From NCBI GenBank assembly GCA_963664405.1, contig OY761158.1, positions 5,760,001 through 5,824,000 on the forward strand: a stretch of 64,000 nt of DNA. Direction: 5' to 3'. The position numbers and the translations under genes were made by a program. The DNA is from Thermoanaerobaculia bacterium (lineage in GTDB: Bacteria > Acidobacteriota > Thermoanaerobaculia > Multivoradales > Multivoraceae). The notes beneath the pieces were generated by a model that made no database searches, was not told where the DNA came from, and saw nothing but the letters and a program-made list of their open reading frames with translations. This document shows positions 19,495 to 29,964 of the stretch, piece by piece. Positions within the stretch are counted from its first letter, which is position 1; each line of letters opens with the position of its first letter.

Positions 19495-21123
19495 GTGCCG
19501 AGCCTCTACGAAAAAGATCTAGACAAGAACAGCGCCAACCACGTTCCGTTGTCTCCGTTGAGCTTTCTGCCTCGCACCGCGGCGATCTTTCCGGACGGAG
19601 TGGCCGTCGTCCATGGGGATCAGCGAACGACTTGGAAGGAGGTCTACGATCGTTGCCGTCGGCTCGCTTCGGCTTTGAAGGGTCTCGGAGTCGAGCGCGG
19701 TGAGACGGTATCGATCATGGCAGCCAACTGTCCACCGATGTTCGAGGCCCACTTCGGAGTGCCGATGGCCGGAGCGGTGCTCAACCCACTTAACTATCGC
19801 CTCGACGCGGCCGCGATCGCCTTCACTCTCGAGCACGGCGAGGCCAAGGTGCTGCTCACCGATACCGAGTTCTCGCCCACCATCCGCGAGGCTCTCGGCC
19901 TGCTGAAGCGAGAGATCACAGTGATCGACATCGATGATCCGATGGCGCCGGGAGGAGAGCTTCTGGGCTCGATGGAATACGAAGAGCTCCTAGCTGGAGG
20001 AGATCCTCGATTCGAGTGGTCCCTTCCTGACGACGAATGGGATGCGATCTCGCTGAGCTATACCTCGGGAACCACCGGCAATCCCAAGGGCGTCGTTTAC
20101 CACCACCGCGGTGCCTATCTCAACGGTCTAGGAAATGTCATCTCCTGGAGTCTGCCGAAACACCCTGTCTACCTGTGGACTCTACCGATGTTTCACTGCG
20201 ACGGCTGGTGTTTCCCTTGGACGCTTGCCGCGGTCGCCGGCACCAACGTGTGCCTACGTCGCGTCGAGACCAGCGCCATCTACGCGGCTATCGCCAAGGA
20301 GAAGGTCACTCACCTTTGCGGCGCACCGATCGTGATGCAGATGATTCTGCAGGGAAGCCCTACCGAACAGCAGTCCTTCGACCACCAGGTCAAGATGCTG
20401 ACGGCCGCCGCACCGCCGCCGCCGGCAGTGCTCGCGGCGATGGCGGCGTCCGGGTTCGATGTGACCCACGTATACGGGCTCACCGAGACATACGGTCCGG
20501 CAGTGCTGTGCGAGTGGCAGCAGGAGTGGAGCGACCTCTCCGCTGAAGAGCAGGCTACCTTGCGTGCCCGGCAGGGTGTTCCCTACGCGGTTCAGGAGGG
20601 CCTCATGGTCGCCGACGCGGAGAGCCTCGCGCCGGTGCCGAAGGACGGCGCCACGATGGGTGAGGTATTCATGCGTGGGAACATCGTCATGAAGGGCTAT
20701 CTCAAGAATCCGAGCGCGACGAATGAAGCTTTCGCGGGCGGTTGGTTCCACACCGGTGATCTCGGTGTTTGGCACTCCGGTGGCTACATCGAGCTCAAGG
20801 ACCGCTCCAAAGACATCATCATTTCGGGCGGAGAGAACATCTCTTCGATCGAAGTGGAGGGCGTGCTCTACCGACACCCGGCGGTTGCGGCCGCCGCGGT
20901 GGTCGCCAAGGAAGATGAGAGGTGGGGCGAGACTCCCTGCGCTTTCGTCGAGTTGAAGGCGGATGCGACCGCTTCGGCCGACGAGATCATCGAGTTCTGT
21001 AGAGACCATCTCGCAGGCTTCAAATGCCCGCGTTTTGTCGTCTTCGGCGAGTTGCCGAAGACCTCGACCGGCAAGATCCAGAAGTTCCGACTGCGTGAGC
21101 GAACCAAGGAAGTGGGTCGATAG
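19495..21123 (+). CDS. Acyl-CoA synthetase (AMP-binding)
   Basis: YTSGTTGNPKGV, YGLTE, FHTGD, DIIISGGENISS, PKTSTGKIQK. Confidence 0.93.
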   Translation: MPSLYEKDLDKNSANHVPLSPLSFLPRTAAIFPDGVAVVHGDQRTTWKEVYDRCRRLASALKGLGVERGETVSIMAANCPPMFEAHFGVPMAGAVLNPLNYRLDAAAIAFTLEHGEAKVLLTDTEFSPTIREALGLLKREITVIDIDDPMAPGGELLGSMEYEELLAGGDPRFEWSLPDDEWDAISLSYTSGTTGNPKGVVYHHRGAYLNGLGNVISWSLPKHPVYLWTLPMFHCDGWCFPWTLAAVAGTNVCLRRVETSAIYAAIAKEKVTHLCGAPIVMQMILQGSPTEQQSFDHQVKMLTAAAPPPPAVLAAMAASGFDVTHVYGLTETYGPAVLCEWQQEWSDLSAEEQATLRARQGVPYAVQEGLMVADAESLAPVPKDGATMGEVFMRGNIVMKGYLKNPSATNEAFAGGWFHTGDLGVWHSGGYIELKDRSKDIIISGGENISSIEVEGVLYRHPAVAAAAVVAKEDERWGETPCAFVELKADATASADEIIEFCRDHLAGFKCPRFVVFGELPKTSTGKIQKFRLRERTKEVGR

Positions 21124-21151
21124 GGTGCCTGGCCCTTGATAGGCTGCGAGG

Positions 21152-22447
21152 ATGACGCGAGAGGATCTGCTCGAGCGTTTTCGGGGAACGCGGCAGGCAA
21201 GTGTGGATCTCAGCTCGCCTCTGCAGCCCGAGGACTACCGCATTCAGACGATGGCGGATGTGAGCCCGCCGTGGTGGAACTTGGGCCACACCACCTGGTT
21301 CTTTGCCAAGAATGTTCTCGAGCCTTTCGGCCTCTACAGCGCCGAAGACGCTCGCCTCGAGTATGTGCTCAACTCCTACTATGAGGCTCTCGGACCGCGG
21401 GTGCCGCAAGTCGAGCGGGGGCTCCAGACTCGGCCGACGACTCCGGAGATCTTCGCTTTTCGGGGTCGAACAGACGATCGAGTCGCGACTCTGATCCGCG
21501 ACGTTTCCGAGGCGGACTGGGAGCGTGCCGAGTTTCTGATCGTCACCGGCATTCACCACGAGCAGCAGCATCAGGAGCTGCTGGTCACGGAGATGAAGCA
21601 CATCCTCGGATCCAACGTTGCAGAGCTGAGGACTGCCTATGGTGCGACCAGCGCCAGCTCCGAGAGCGTAGTCGTCTCAGAGCTCGAGGCAATTGCGCTT
21701 CAGGGCGGCCTCGACGAGTTCGGCAACCTAGAGGGGGGATGGTGTTTCGACAATGAGCTTCCGGTTCACCAAGCATGGCTCGAGCCTTTTGCGGTGGCAA
21801 ATCGGCTGATCTCGAACGGGGAGTATCTCGAGTTCATGGCAGATGGGGGCTATCAAGAACCGCTACTTTGGCTCGCCAACGGCTGGGCGCGGGTGCAGGA
21901 GAAGGGCTGGGAGCATCCTCTCTACTGGGAGAAGGTGAACGGAGAGTGGCAGCAGTGGAGCATGGCGGGGATGGGTCGACTGCGGCTCGACGAGGCTCTG
22001 TGTCACATCAGTTTCTATGAGGCCGATGCCTTTTGTCGATGGTTGGGGTCAACCCGATCGGGCTGGTCGGGCTGCCGCCTACCCACCGAAAGAGAGTGGG
22101 AGCATGCCGCTCGACGTTGTGGCTTCGACATCGCCGGCGGCAACTTCCTCGACGGTCATCGGCTGCACCCCGGGCCCTCTCCCGAGCGCATGAACGGGGC
22201 TCTTCCTCAGGCTGCCGGCGAGCTCTGGGAGTGGACCTCGAACCACTATGAGGCGTACCCCGGCTACACTCCTTTCGACGGTTCTTTGATGGAGTACAAC
22301 GGGAAGTTCATGGACAACCAGCGCGTCCTTCGCGGAGGTTCTTGTGCCACACCGCGCTCCCATATCCGGGTCAGCTATCGCAACTTCTGGGCACCGGAAA
22401 CGCGTTTTCAGTTCAGCGGCATTCGAGTAGCCCGTAGCTTGGACTGA
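21152..22447 (+). CDS. egtB: Ergothioneine biosynthesis sulfoxide synthase
   Basis: DinB-like GHTTWFF and HEQQHQE iron site; FGE-like domain RLPTE.EWE, YNGKFM, LRGGSCATP, YRNF. Confidence 0.87.
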   Translation: MTREDLLERFRGTRQASVDLSSPLQPEDYRIQTMADVSPPWWNLGHTTWFFAKNVLEPFGLYSAEDARLEYVLNSYYEALGPRVPQVERGLQTRPTTPEIFAFRGRTDDRVATLIRDVSEADWERAEFLIVTGIHHEQQHQELLVTEMKHILGSNVAELRTAYGATSASSESVVVSELEAIALQGGLDEFGNLEGGWCFDNELPVHQAWLEPFAVANRLISNGEYLEFMADGGYQEPLLWLANGWARVQEKGWEHPLYWEKVNGEWQQWSMAGMGRLRLDEALCHISFYEADAFCRWLGSTRSGWSGCRLPTEREWEHAARRCGFDIAGGNFLDGHRLHPGPSPERMNGALPQAAGELWEWTSNHYEAYPGYTPFDGSLMEYNGKFMDNQRVLRGGSCATPRSHIRVSYRNFWAPETRFQFSGIRVARSLD

Positions 22448-22450
22448 CAG

Positions 22451-25132
22451 ATGAGCGACGATCTCCGAGCGCAGGGGCAGACGCCGGTGGATCCGGATCC
22501 GGAGGAAACCAAGGAGTGGCTCGATGCGCTCGACGCGGTGCTCGAGCGCGAGGGTCCGCAGCGTGCCCATGATCTGCTCGAAGCTCTAACCGCGAGAGCC
22601 CGCAGCGCCGGCGCCTACCTCCCTTTTCAAGCGACGACCGCGTACCTGAACACGATTCCCGCGAGCCGAGAACAGCGATCGCCGGGTGATTCGGATCTCG
22701 AGTGGCGCATCCGCAGCATCATTCGCTGGAACGCTATGGCGATGGTAGTGCGCGCGAATCGGGAAGAGAGCCTCGGGGGACATATCGCCAGCTTCGCCTC
22801 CGCGGCCACTCTTTACGACGTCGGCTTCAACCACTTCTTCCATGCGCCGAGCGAGAGCCACGGCGGCGATCTCGTCTTCATCCAGGGGCACAGCTCGCCC
22901 GGGATCTACGCTCGCGCCTTTCTCGAGGGGCGCCTCAGCGCCGAAGACCTCGGCCGCTTTCGCCAGGAAATCGGCGAGGGTGGTCTCTCCTCGTACCCGC
23001 ATCCCTGGCTGATGCCGGACTTCTGGCAGTTCCCCACCGTATCGATGGGGCTGTCGCCGATGATGGCGATTTACCAGGCTCGCTTCATGCAGTACCTCAA
23101 GGATCGAGAGATCCTCGATACCGCGGGTCGCAAGGTTTGGGCCTTCATGGGCGACGGTGAGATGGATGAGCCGGAGTCGCTCGGCGCTATCTCGCTGGCG
23201 GGCCGAGAGCGCCTGGACAATCTCATCTTCGTCATCAACTGCAACCTCCAGCGCCTCGATGGGCCGGTACGCGGTAACGCGAAGATCATCCAAGAGCTCG
23301 AAGGAGTTTTTCGCGGCGCCGGCTGGAATGTGATCAAGGTGGTGTGGGGCTCTTACTGGGACCCACTTCTCGCCCGCGACCACAAAGGGCTGTTGCGCAA
23401 GCGCATGGAAGAAGTCGTCGATGGGGAGTATCAGGCCTACAAGGCCAGCCTCGACGGGGCCTTTGTGCGCGACCACTTTTTCGGCAAATACCCCGAGCTG
23501 AGAGAGATGGTGGCGAGTCTCACCGACGAAGACATCTGGCGGCTGAATCGCGGCGGTCACGATCCCCACAAAGTCTACGCCGCCTATTGGGCCGCCACGC
23601 GCCACCGCGGCCAGCCGACGGTCATTCTTGCCAAGACGGTCAAGGGCTATGGCATGGGGATCTCGGGCGAGGGCCAGAACATCACCCATCAGCAGAAGAA
23701 GATGGGGGAAGAGGCTCTACGACAGATGCGCGACCGCTGGCACATCCCCGTTACCGACGAGGATCTGAAGCAGACACCCTTTTATCGCCCGCCGGAGGAT
23801 AGCGAAGAGATCCGTTACATTCGCGAGCGCCGCGAGGCCCTGGGCGGTTATCTGCCGGCCAGACGGCGCGAGGCGAGGCCGCTCGAGGTCCCGGGGTTGG
23901 ATGCATTCCAGGTACTTCTGGACGGCTCCGGCAAGCGCGAGAACTCCACCACCATGGCTTTCGTTCGTACCTTGATGGTGCTCACTCGCGACCGTAATTT
24001 GAAAGATCGCATCGTTCCCATCGTGCCGGACGAGGCGCGCACTTTCGGCATGGAGGGAATGTTCCGCCAGCTCGGTATCTACTCCTCGGTTGGTCAGCTC
24101 TATGAGCCCGTCGATGCCGGTCAGATCGCTCCCTACCGCGAGGCGAAGGATGGTCAGATTTTGGAGGAGGGGATCAATGAAGCCGGCGCGCTGTGCTCTT
24201 GGATTGCCGCCGGAAGCTCCTACAGCAACCACGACCTGCGGATGATTCCTTTTTTCATCTTCTATTCGATGTTCGGCTTCCAGCGCGTTGGTGATCTGCT
24301 GTGGGCGGCAGCCGATATGCGCACTCGGGGCTTTTTGCTCGGCGGCACCTCCGGCAGGACGACGCTCAACGGAGAAGGGCTGCAGCATCAGGATGGGCAT
24401 AGCCATCTGCAGGCCTCGGTGGTGCCGAATTGCATCTGCTATGACCCTACCTACGCGTACGAGCTGGTAGTCATCCTCCAGGATGGATTGCGAAGGATGT
24501 ATGCCGATCAGGAGAACGTCTACTACTACATCACCTTGATGAACGAGAACTACCGCCAGCCGGCGATGCCCGAGGGCGTCGAGGAGGGAATCCGGCGCGG
24601 CATGTATCTACTGCGGGCGGCGCCACGCAGGCGCAAGCGAAGGGCACAGCTGTTGGGATCCGGGACGATTCTGCGCGAAGCCGAGGCTGCAGCGGTCATA
24701 CTCGAAGAGCAGTTCGGCGTTGCGGCAGATGTGTGGAGCGTGCCGAGCTTTACAGAGCTCCGTAGAGACGGCCTAAGCGTCGAGCGGTGGAACCGGCTGC
24801 ATCCCGCGCAGGAGCCGCGCGTACCTTACGTTACGTCGCAGCTCGCCGGCCACTCAGGGCCTGTGGTTGCCGCTACCGACTACCTCAGCGCCTTCGCAGA
24901 TCAGATTCGGGCGTGGGTCCCGGGTCGCTACCTGACCCTCGGTACCGACGGCTTCGGCCGCAGCGATACTCGAGAGCGACTGCGGAGATTCTTCGAAGTC
25001 GATCGCAATCACATCGCTCTGGCAGCACTCAAAGGTCTCTTGGATGTCGGTGAGATCGAGGCCGAGACCGTCAGCGGTGCCGTCGAGAAGCTGGGGATCG
25101 ATGCCGAGGCCCCTGACCCGAGTCGCGTTTAA
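22451..25132 (+). CDS. aceE: Pyruvate dehydrogenase E1 (homodimeric)
   Basis: DPEETKEW, GGHIASFAS, GDGEMDEPES, NGEGLQHQD, LGTDGFGRSD. Confidence 0.97.
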   Translation: MSDDLRAQGQTPVDPDPEETKEWLDALDAVLEREGPQRAHDLLEALTARARSAGAYLPFQATTAYLNTIPASREQRSPGDSDLEWRIRSIIRWNAMAMVVRANREESLGGHIASFASAATLYDVGFNHFFHAPSESHGGDLVFIQGHSSPGIYARAFLEGRLSAEDLGRFRQEIGEGGLSSYPHPWLMPDFWQFPTVSMGLSPMMAIYQARFMQYLKDREILDTAGRKVWAFMGDGEMDEPESLGAISLAGRERLDNLIFVINCNLQRLDGPVRGNAKIIQELEGVFRGAGWNVIKVVWGSYWDPLLARDHKGLLRKRMEEVVDGEYQAYKASLDGAFVRDHFFGKYPELREMVASLTDEDIWRLNRGGHDPHKVYAAYWAATRHRGQPTVILAKTVKGYGMGISGEGQNITHQQKKMGEEALRQMRDRWHIPVTDEDLKQTPFYRPPEDSEEIRYIRERREALGGYLPARRREARPLEVPGLDAFQVLLDGSGKRENSTTMAFVRTLMVLTRDRNLKDRIVPIVPDEARTFGMEGMFRQLGIYSSVGQLYEPVDAGQIAPYREAKDGQILEEGINEAGALCSWIAAGSSYSNHDLRMIPFFIFYSMFGFQRVGDLLWAAADMRTRGFLLGGTSGRTTLNGEGLQHQDGHSHLQASVVPNCICYDPTYAYELVVILQDGLRRMYADQENVYYYITLMNENYRQPAMPEGVEEGIRRGMYLLRAAPRRRKRRAQLLGSGTILREAEAAAVILEEQFGVAADVWSVPSFTELRRDGLSVERWNRLHPAQEPRVPYVTSQLAGHSGPVVAATDYLSAFADQIRAWVPGRYLTLGTDGFGRSDTRERLRRFFEVDRNHIALAALKGLLDVGEIEAETVSGAVEKLGIDAEAPDPSRV

Positions 25133-25145
25133 ACTAGCTAGGCCG

Positions 25146-26474
25146 ATGAGCAACGAAGTTCTTGTTCCCGACATTGGTGAGTTCGACGAGGTGGAGATCG
25201 TCGAGGTGCTTGTCCAGGCGGGAGACGAGGTAGAAGCGGAGACCTCCCTGGTCACTCTGGAGACTGACAAAGCCTCGATGGACATCCCTGCGCCGGCCGC
25301 GGGGAAGATCGCGGCCGTCCATGTTGTGGTCGGTGACATGGTGGGGGAGGGCGCCCTGATCGTCACTCTGCAGCCGAGCGCAGAGGGCGCCGGTGCCGAG
25401 GTCGAAGCGACGCCGGCCGCAAAGGACGTCGAGGCGGCAGCGACGGGACCCGAGCCGGAGTCCGTACCTTCGCCTCCCGCACAGGAGCCGACGATAGAAG
25501 AGAAGCCCCGGCCGACGGCAGCGGCCGGGAGTCGGCGGCCTCGTCCTGCCCCCGATCCGCCAGCGCTCGATGAGGCGATTCCCCATGCCAGCCCGTCGGT
25601 ACGTCGCTTCGCGCGGGAGCTCGGAGTCGATCTGCACAAAGTGCGCGGTAGCGGTCCCAAGGGCAGGATCCTGAAGGACGACGTTCAGTCCTTCGTCAAG
25701 GAGGCGTTGCACGCCCCTACGGCGGTCGCCGAGGGCTCTGCGATCCCGCCGATACCCACCCTCGATTTCTCGAAGTTTGGAGAGGTGGAGGAAGTGCCTC
25801 TCAGCCGCATTCGCAGGCTGTCGAAGAACAACCTTCACCGCTCATGGCTCAACGTCCCGCATGTAACCCAGCACGACCTGGCTGACGTCACCGAGCTCGA
25901 AGCGTTCCGTAAGAGTCGGAAAGCGGAGGCTGAGGCGCAGGGCGTGAAGCTGACTCCGTTGGCTTTCATCATGAAAGCCGTCGTGGCCGCGCTCCAGGAG
26001 TTTCCGCGTGTCTGTTCGTCTCTGTCTCCGAGCGGAGAAGCACTGATTTACAAGAAGTACTACCACCTCGGAGTCGCTGTCGACACCGACGACGGTTTGA
26101 TGGTGCCGGTCGTGCGCGATGTGGATCGAAAGGGTCTCTATGAGCTAGCCGCCGATCTCGCGCAGGTCAGCGACCGCGCGCGCGCGCGCAAGCTCACCCC
26201 GAGTGACATCCAAGGAGCCTGCTTCACGATCTCCAGTCTTGGCAGCATTGGAGGAACCGCCTTCACGCCCATTGTCAACGCTCCCGAGGTCGCCATCCTC
26301 GGCGTCTCTCGCTCGCGCTTGGAACCGGTATGGAGCGATGGCGGGGTGGTGCCGCGCCTCATGCTTCCACTCTCCCTCTCCTACGATCATCGAGTGGTCG
26401 ACGGTGCCGAGGCGGTTCGTTTTACGACCTACCTCAAGAGCGTTCTCGAAGACGTTCGGATGCTCCTTCTATGA
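25146..26474 (+). CDS. aceF: Dihydrolipoyllysine-residue acetyltransferase (one lipoyl domain)
   Basis: LETDKASM lipoyl site, ASPSVRRFARE, YDHRVVDG. Confidence 0.95.
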   Translation: MSNEVLVPDIGEFDEVEIVEVLVQAGDEVEAETSLVTLETDKASMDIPAPAAGKIAAVHVVVGDMVGEGALIVTLQPSAEGAGAEVEATPAAKDVEAAATGPEPESVPSPPAQEPTIEEKPRPTAAAGSRRPRPAPDPPALDEAIPHASPSVRRFARELGVDLHKVRGSGPKGRILKDDVQSFVKEALHAPTAVAEGSAIPPIPTLDFSKFGEVEEVPLSRIRRLSKNNLHRSWLNVPHVTQHDLADVTELEAFRKSRKAEAEAQGVKLTPLAFIMKAVVAALQEFPRVCSSLSPSGEALIYKKYYHLGVAVDTDDGLMVPVVRDVDRKGLYELAADLAQVSDRARARKLTPSDIQGACFTISSLGSIGGTAFTPIVNAPEVAILGVSRSRLEPVWSDGGVVPRLMLPLSLSYDHRVVDGAEAVRFTTYLKSVLEDVRMLLL

Positions 26475-27904
26475 CCGCAGCTAGCGAGGCCACCGACCTT
26501 CTGGTGCTGGGCTCCGGACCCGGCGGATATACGGCCGCCTTTCGCGCCGCCGATCTAGGAAAAACCGTGACGCTCGTCGAGCGCTACCCGATTCTGGGTG
26601 GGGTGTGCCTCAATGTCGGTTGTATCCCGTCTAAGGCGCTCCTACATGTCGCGGAGGTCCTGAGCGAGGTCGAAGCTCTTCCGGCAAGAGGCATCGAGCT
26701 CGGCGAGCCGAAGCTCGATCTCGACAAGTTGCGCGAGCACACCGCCGGGGTCGTGAGCCGGCTCACCGGCGGCTTGGCGCAGATGGCTAAGAGGCGAGGA
26801 GTGCGAGTGGTCCAGGGGACGGGGCGCTTTGTCGCTTCCGATCGTGTCGCGGTAGAGGGGGATGAGGGGGTGGAAGAAATCCCTTTCGAGTCCGCGATCA
26901 TTGCGGTCGGCTCTCGCACCGTCCAGATCCCCGGTATCCCATGGGACGACCCTAGAGTTTGGGACTCCACCGCGGCGTTGGAGCTTCGCCAGGTGCCGAA
27001 ACGTCTCCTGGTCGTCGGCGGTGGGATCATCGGACTGGAGATGGCGACGGTCTTCGATGCTCTAGGCTCGAAGATCACGCTCGTCGAGCTCCTCGACCGA
27101 CTGATGACCGGGTGCGACGCGGATCTTGTGAAGCCTCTGCTCCGCCGAGCGAAAAAGCGCTATGAGGCGATTCATCTAGGAGTGAAGGTCGCAGAGGTCA
27201 AGGCCCAGAAGAGAGGGCTGCGAGTCGTCTTCGAAGGAGAAGGCGCACCGCCGGACGCGACCTTCGATGCCGTTCTCGTCGCCGTGGGTCGGCGCCCCAA
27301 CGGAGACCGTATCGATGCGGAGGCTGCGGGTGTTGCGGTCGACGATCGAGGCTTCATCGCGGTCGATGAGCACCAGCGCACCAACGTAGCAAACATCTTT
27401 GCCATCGGCGACGTGGTCGGAGAGCCCATGCTGGCCCACAAGGCTTCTCACGAGGGCAAGGTCGCGGCCGAAGTCTTGGCAGGCGAGGTAAGCGCCTTCG
27501 ACGCTCGGGTCATCCCATCGGTGGCCTACACCGACCCCGAGGTGGCGTGGGTGGGGCTCGGCGAAGAGCAGGCGGCTCGCCAGGGTATAGAGGTCAAGAC
27601 GGCCTCGTTCCCATGGGCGGCCAGTGGCCGGGCTCTAGCCATGGGTCGATCAGAGGGGCACACCAAGTTGGTCTTCGACCCCGCGACAGGACGTCTCCTG
27701 GGCGGGGGTCTGGTGGGGCCAAGGGCGGGAGATCTGGTGGCCGAGCTGGCTTTGGCGATCGAGACCGGATGCGATGCCGAAGACCTAGCGCTCACGGTTC
27801 ATGCTCATCCAACACTTTCCGAGACGATCTCCTTTGCGGGCGAGGTCTACTCGGGAACCGTCACCGATTTGTATCTAGGTCGGCGTCGACGGGCCAAGGA
27901 CTAG
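26471..27904 (+). CDS. lpdA: Dihydrolipoyl dehydrogenase
   Basis: GSGPGG, GGVCLNVGCIPSK, HAHPTLSE. Confidence 0.96.
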   Translation: MTAASEATDLLVLGSGPGGYTAAFRAADLGKTVTLVERYPILGGVCLNVGCIPSKALLHVAEVLSEVEALPARGIELGEPKLDLDKLREHTAGVVSRLTGGLAQMAKRRGVRVVQGTGRFVASDRVAVEGDEGVEEIPFESAIIAVGSRTVQIPGIPWDDPRVWDSTAALELRQVPKRLLVVGGGIIGLEMATVFDALGSKITLVELLDRLMTGCDADLVKPLLRRAKKRYEAIHLGVKVAEVKAQKRGLRVVFEGEGAPPDATFDAVLVAVGRRPNGDRIDAEAAGVAVDDRGFIAVDEHQRTNVANIFAIGDVVGEPMLAHKASHEGKVAAEVLAGEVSAFDARVIPSVAYTDPEVAWVGLGEEQAARQGIEVKTASFPWAASGRALAMGRSEGHTKLVFDPATGRLLGGGLVGPRAGDLVAELALAIETGCDAEDLALTVHAHPTLSETISFAGEVYSGTVTDLYLGRRRRAKD

Positions 27905-28065
27905 ACCAGCGTTTCCAAAGTTCGCGCACATATCTCGGCCCCTTCTGTCCGCTGGCGGCGTTTCGCCTCCTCGACATATTGCCCAATATGCCTGCGTCGG
28001 CGCGCCTGGCCAGCGAACAGAATGACCTCGAGCTATTGCACACGAACTTTGGAAACGCTGGCCTA
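27902..28065. mobile_element. MITE-like repeat, copy 2
   Basis: Begins at the lpdA TAG stop; CTAG at both ends. Confidence 0.85.
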
Positions 28066-28175
28066 GCTGGATCGCGACTGTGGCTCGTCCGCTACGCTGA
28101 TACCATCACGCTCGTGCTAGCCACGGACAGTGGCGGCGTCTCCAGATCCATTTTAGAGAAGAGAGGACCCTCCCA

Positions 28176-29933
28176 GTGCATGACATCGCGATTCGCAACG
28201 GCCGCATCATCGACGGTAGCGGGAGCCCGGAGTTTCACGGCGATATCGGTATCGAAGGCGACAAGATCGTCGCTGTCGGCTCCGATGTCGGCTCGGCGAG
28301 GCGTGAGATCGATGCGTCGGGCAAGCTGGTCGCTCCAGGCTGGATCGACATTCACACTCATTTCGATGCGCAGGTGTCCTGGGATCCCTACCTGACGCCC
28401 TCCTGCTGGAACGGGGTTACCACCGTCGTCATGGGCAACTGCGGCGTCGGTTTCGCCCCGGTGCGACCCCAGGACCGCGACTGGCTCATGGACCTGATGG
28501 ATGCAGTCGAGGATATCCCCGCCATCGCGATGGCGGCGGGTATGGAATGGGCCTGGGAGAGCTTTCCCGAGTACCTCGACGCGATCGGCCGCAAACCACA
28601 CTCGATGGATGTGGTGACCCAGATCCCGCATTGCGCGTTGCGTGTTTATGTCATGGGTGAGCGCGGTGCCGATGACGTCCAACCCACCGACGAAGAGCTC
28701 GCTCGGATGGCAGCGCTGGTGCAGGAGGGCATCGAGGCCGGCGCTCTCGGGGTCTCCTCGAACCGCCTACTCGCCCACCGCACCAAGCACGGCGAGGTGA
28801 TCCCCGGCAGCTTCGCGCGCTATCCGGAGCTCGAAGCGATCGCCGGTGGCATCAGCGCCGCGGGTGGCGGCGTGTTCCAGTTTGTCGGACCCTTTGAACG
28901 GGAGTGGCTTCTCGAGATCGCCAAGACCCCAGGGGTGAGCGTCACCTATCTCACCAGCGAGGCGGGGCAGGAGAACCTGGCCTTTTTCGACCAACACTGC
29001 ACCGACTACATCCGTATCTTCCCGCAGGTTCGGGGGCGGGCCACGACCATCCTGATGAACTTGGAAGGCTCCTTGCATCCCTACGTTCTCAACTACGCCT
29101 ATCGCGAGCTGGTCGGCGATCTAGGGATGCCGGAGCGTCTGGCCAAGATGCGTGATCCGGAAGTTCGCGCTCGCATCCTGGCCAGTGACTGGGATCTCAC
29201 CAACGACATTAGGGCCAGGAGCGATTTCGACAACGATCATCCCTTCTTGGCCGACTCCACTCCCGGGAGCCTGTTGCCGGGGCTCCTCGATCTCATGCAT
29301 TCGCAGCCCGAGCACGTGTATGTCCTCGGCGATCCCCCCAACTACGAGCCGGATGAAGATGCCAGTGTCGCAGCTCATGCTCGGCGCCACGGCCTCAGCG
29401 ACGTGGAGGCCTTCTACGACCTCATGACACAGGGCACGGGTGACACTCTGCTGCTCTACTATCTAGAGGGCTACACCCAGCGAAATTTCGACTATGTACA
29501 CGAGATGATGAGCAATCCACGGACTCGCAACGGCCTCAGTGACGCCGGCGCACACGTTGGCGCCGTAAGTGACGCTCATATGCCGACCTGGAATCTCACC
29601 TATTGGGGACGCGACCGCAGTCGGGGCGCGAAACTCGATCTCGAGACCATCGTCCACAAGCAGACCGGGGCCAACGCCGATCTTTACGGGCTCCGCGATC
29701 GAGGCCTGCTGAAGCCCGGCCTGCGCGCGGACGTCAACGTGATCGACTTCGAACGACTCTCGCCTGGGCCGCCTCCGCGTGTTGTCTACGACCTGCCCGA
29801 GCACGCCAAGCGCTACATGCAGCGGCCTCAGGGGTACGCAAGCACGATCTGTGGTGGCGAGATCGTGCTCGAAGCAGACGAGCTGACCGGGGCCTTGCCC
29901 GGCAAGCTCGTTCGCGGTCCGCAGACTGCCTGA
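28176..29933 (+). CDS. N-acyl-D-amino-acid deacylase family amidohydrolase
   Basis: PGWIDIHTHFD, GVTTVVMGNCG, SDAGAH, DRGLLKPG. Confidence 0.9.
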   Translation: MHDIAIRNGRIIDGSGSPEFHGDIGIEGDKIVAVGSDVGSARREIDASGKLVAPGWIDIHTHFDAQVSWDPYLTPSCWNGVTTVVMGNCGVGFAPVRPQDRDWLMDLMDAVEDIPAIAMAAGMEWAWESFPEYLDAIGRKPHSMDVVTQIPHCALRVYVMGERGADDVQPTDEELARMAALVQEGIEAGALGVSSNRLLAHRTKHGEVIPGSFARYPELEAIAGGISAAGGGVFQFVGPFEREWLLEIAKTPGVSVTYLTSEAGQENLAFFDQHCTDYIRIFPQVRGRATTILMNLEGSLHPYVLNYAYRELVGDLGMPERLAKMRDPEVRARILASDWDLTNDIRARSDFDNDHPFLADSTPGSLLPGLLDLMHSQPEHVYVLGDPPNYEPDEDASVAAHARRHGLSDVEAFYDLMTQGTGDTLLLYYLEGYTQRNFDYVHEMMSNPRTRNGLSDAGAHVGAVSDAHMPTWNLTYWGRDRSRGAKLDLETIVHKQTGANADLYGLRDRGLLKPGLRADVNVIDFERLSPGPPPRVVYDLPEHAKRYMQRPQGYASTICGGEIVLEADELTGALPGKLVRGPQTA

Positions 29934-29964
29934 GGCGCCGTCATTCCGACACCGGGAGTTCGTC

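Noticed and set aside
21152-22447. Selenoneine synthase SenA
   Set aside because: Motifs (HTTWFF, YNGKFM) fit EgtB, and no senB/senC is adjacent.
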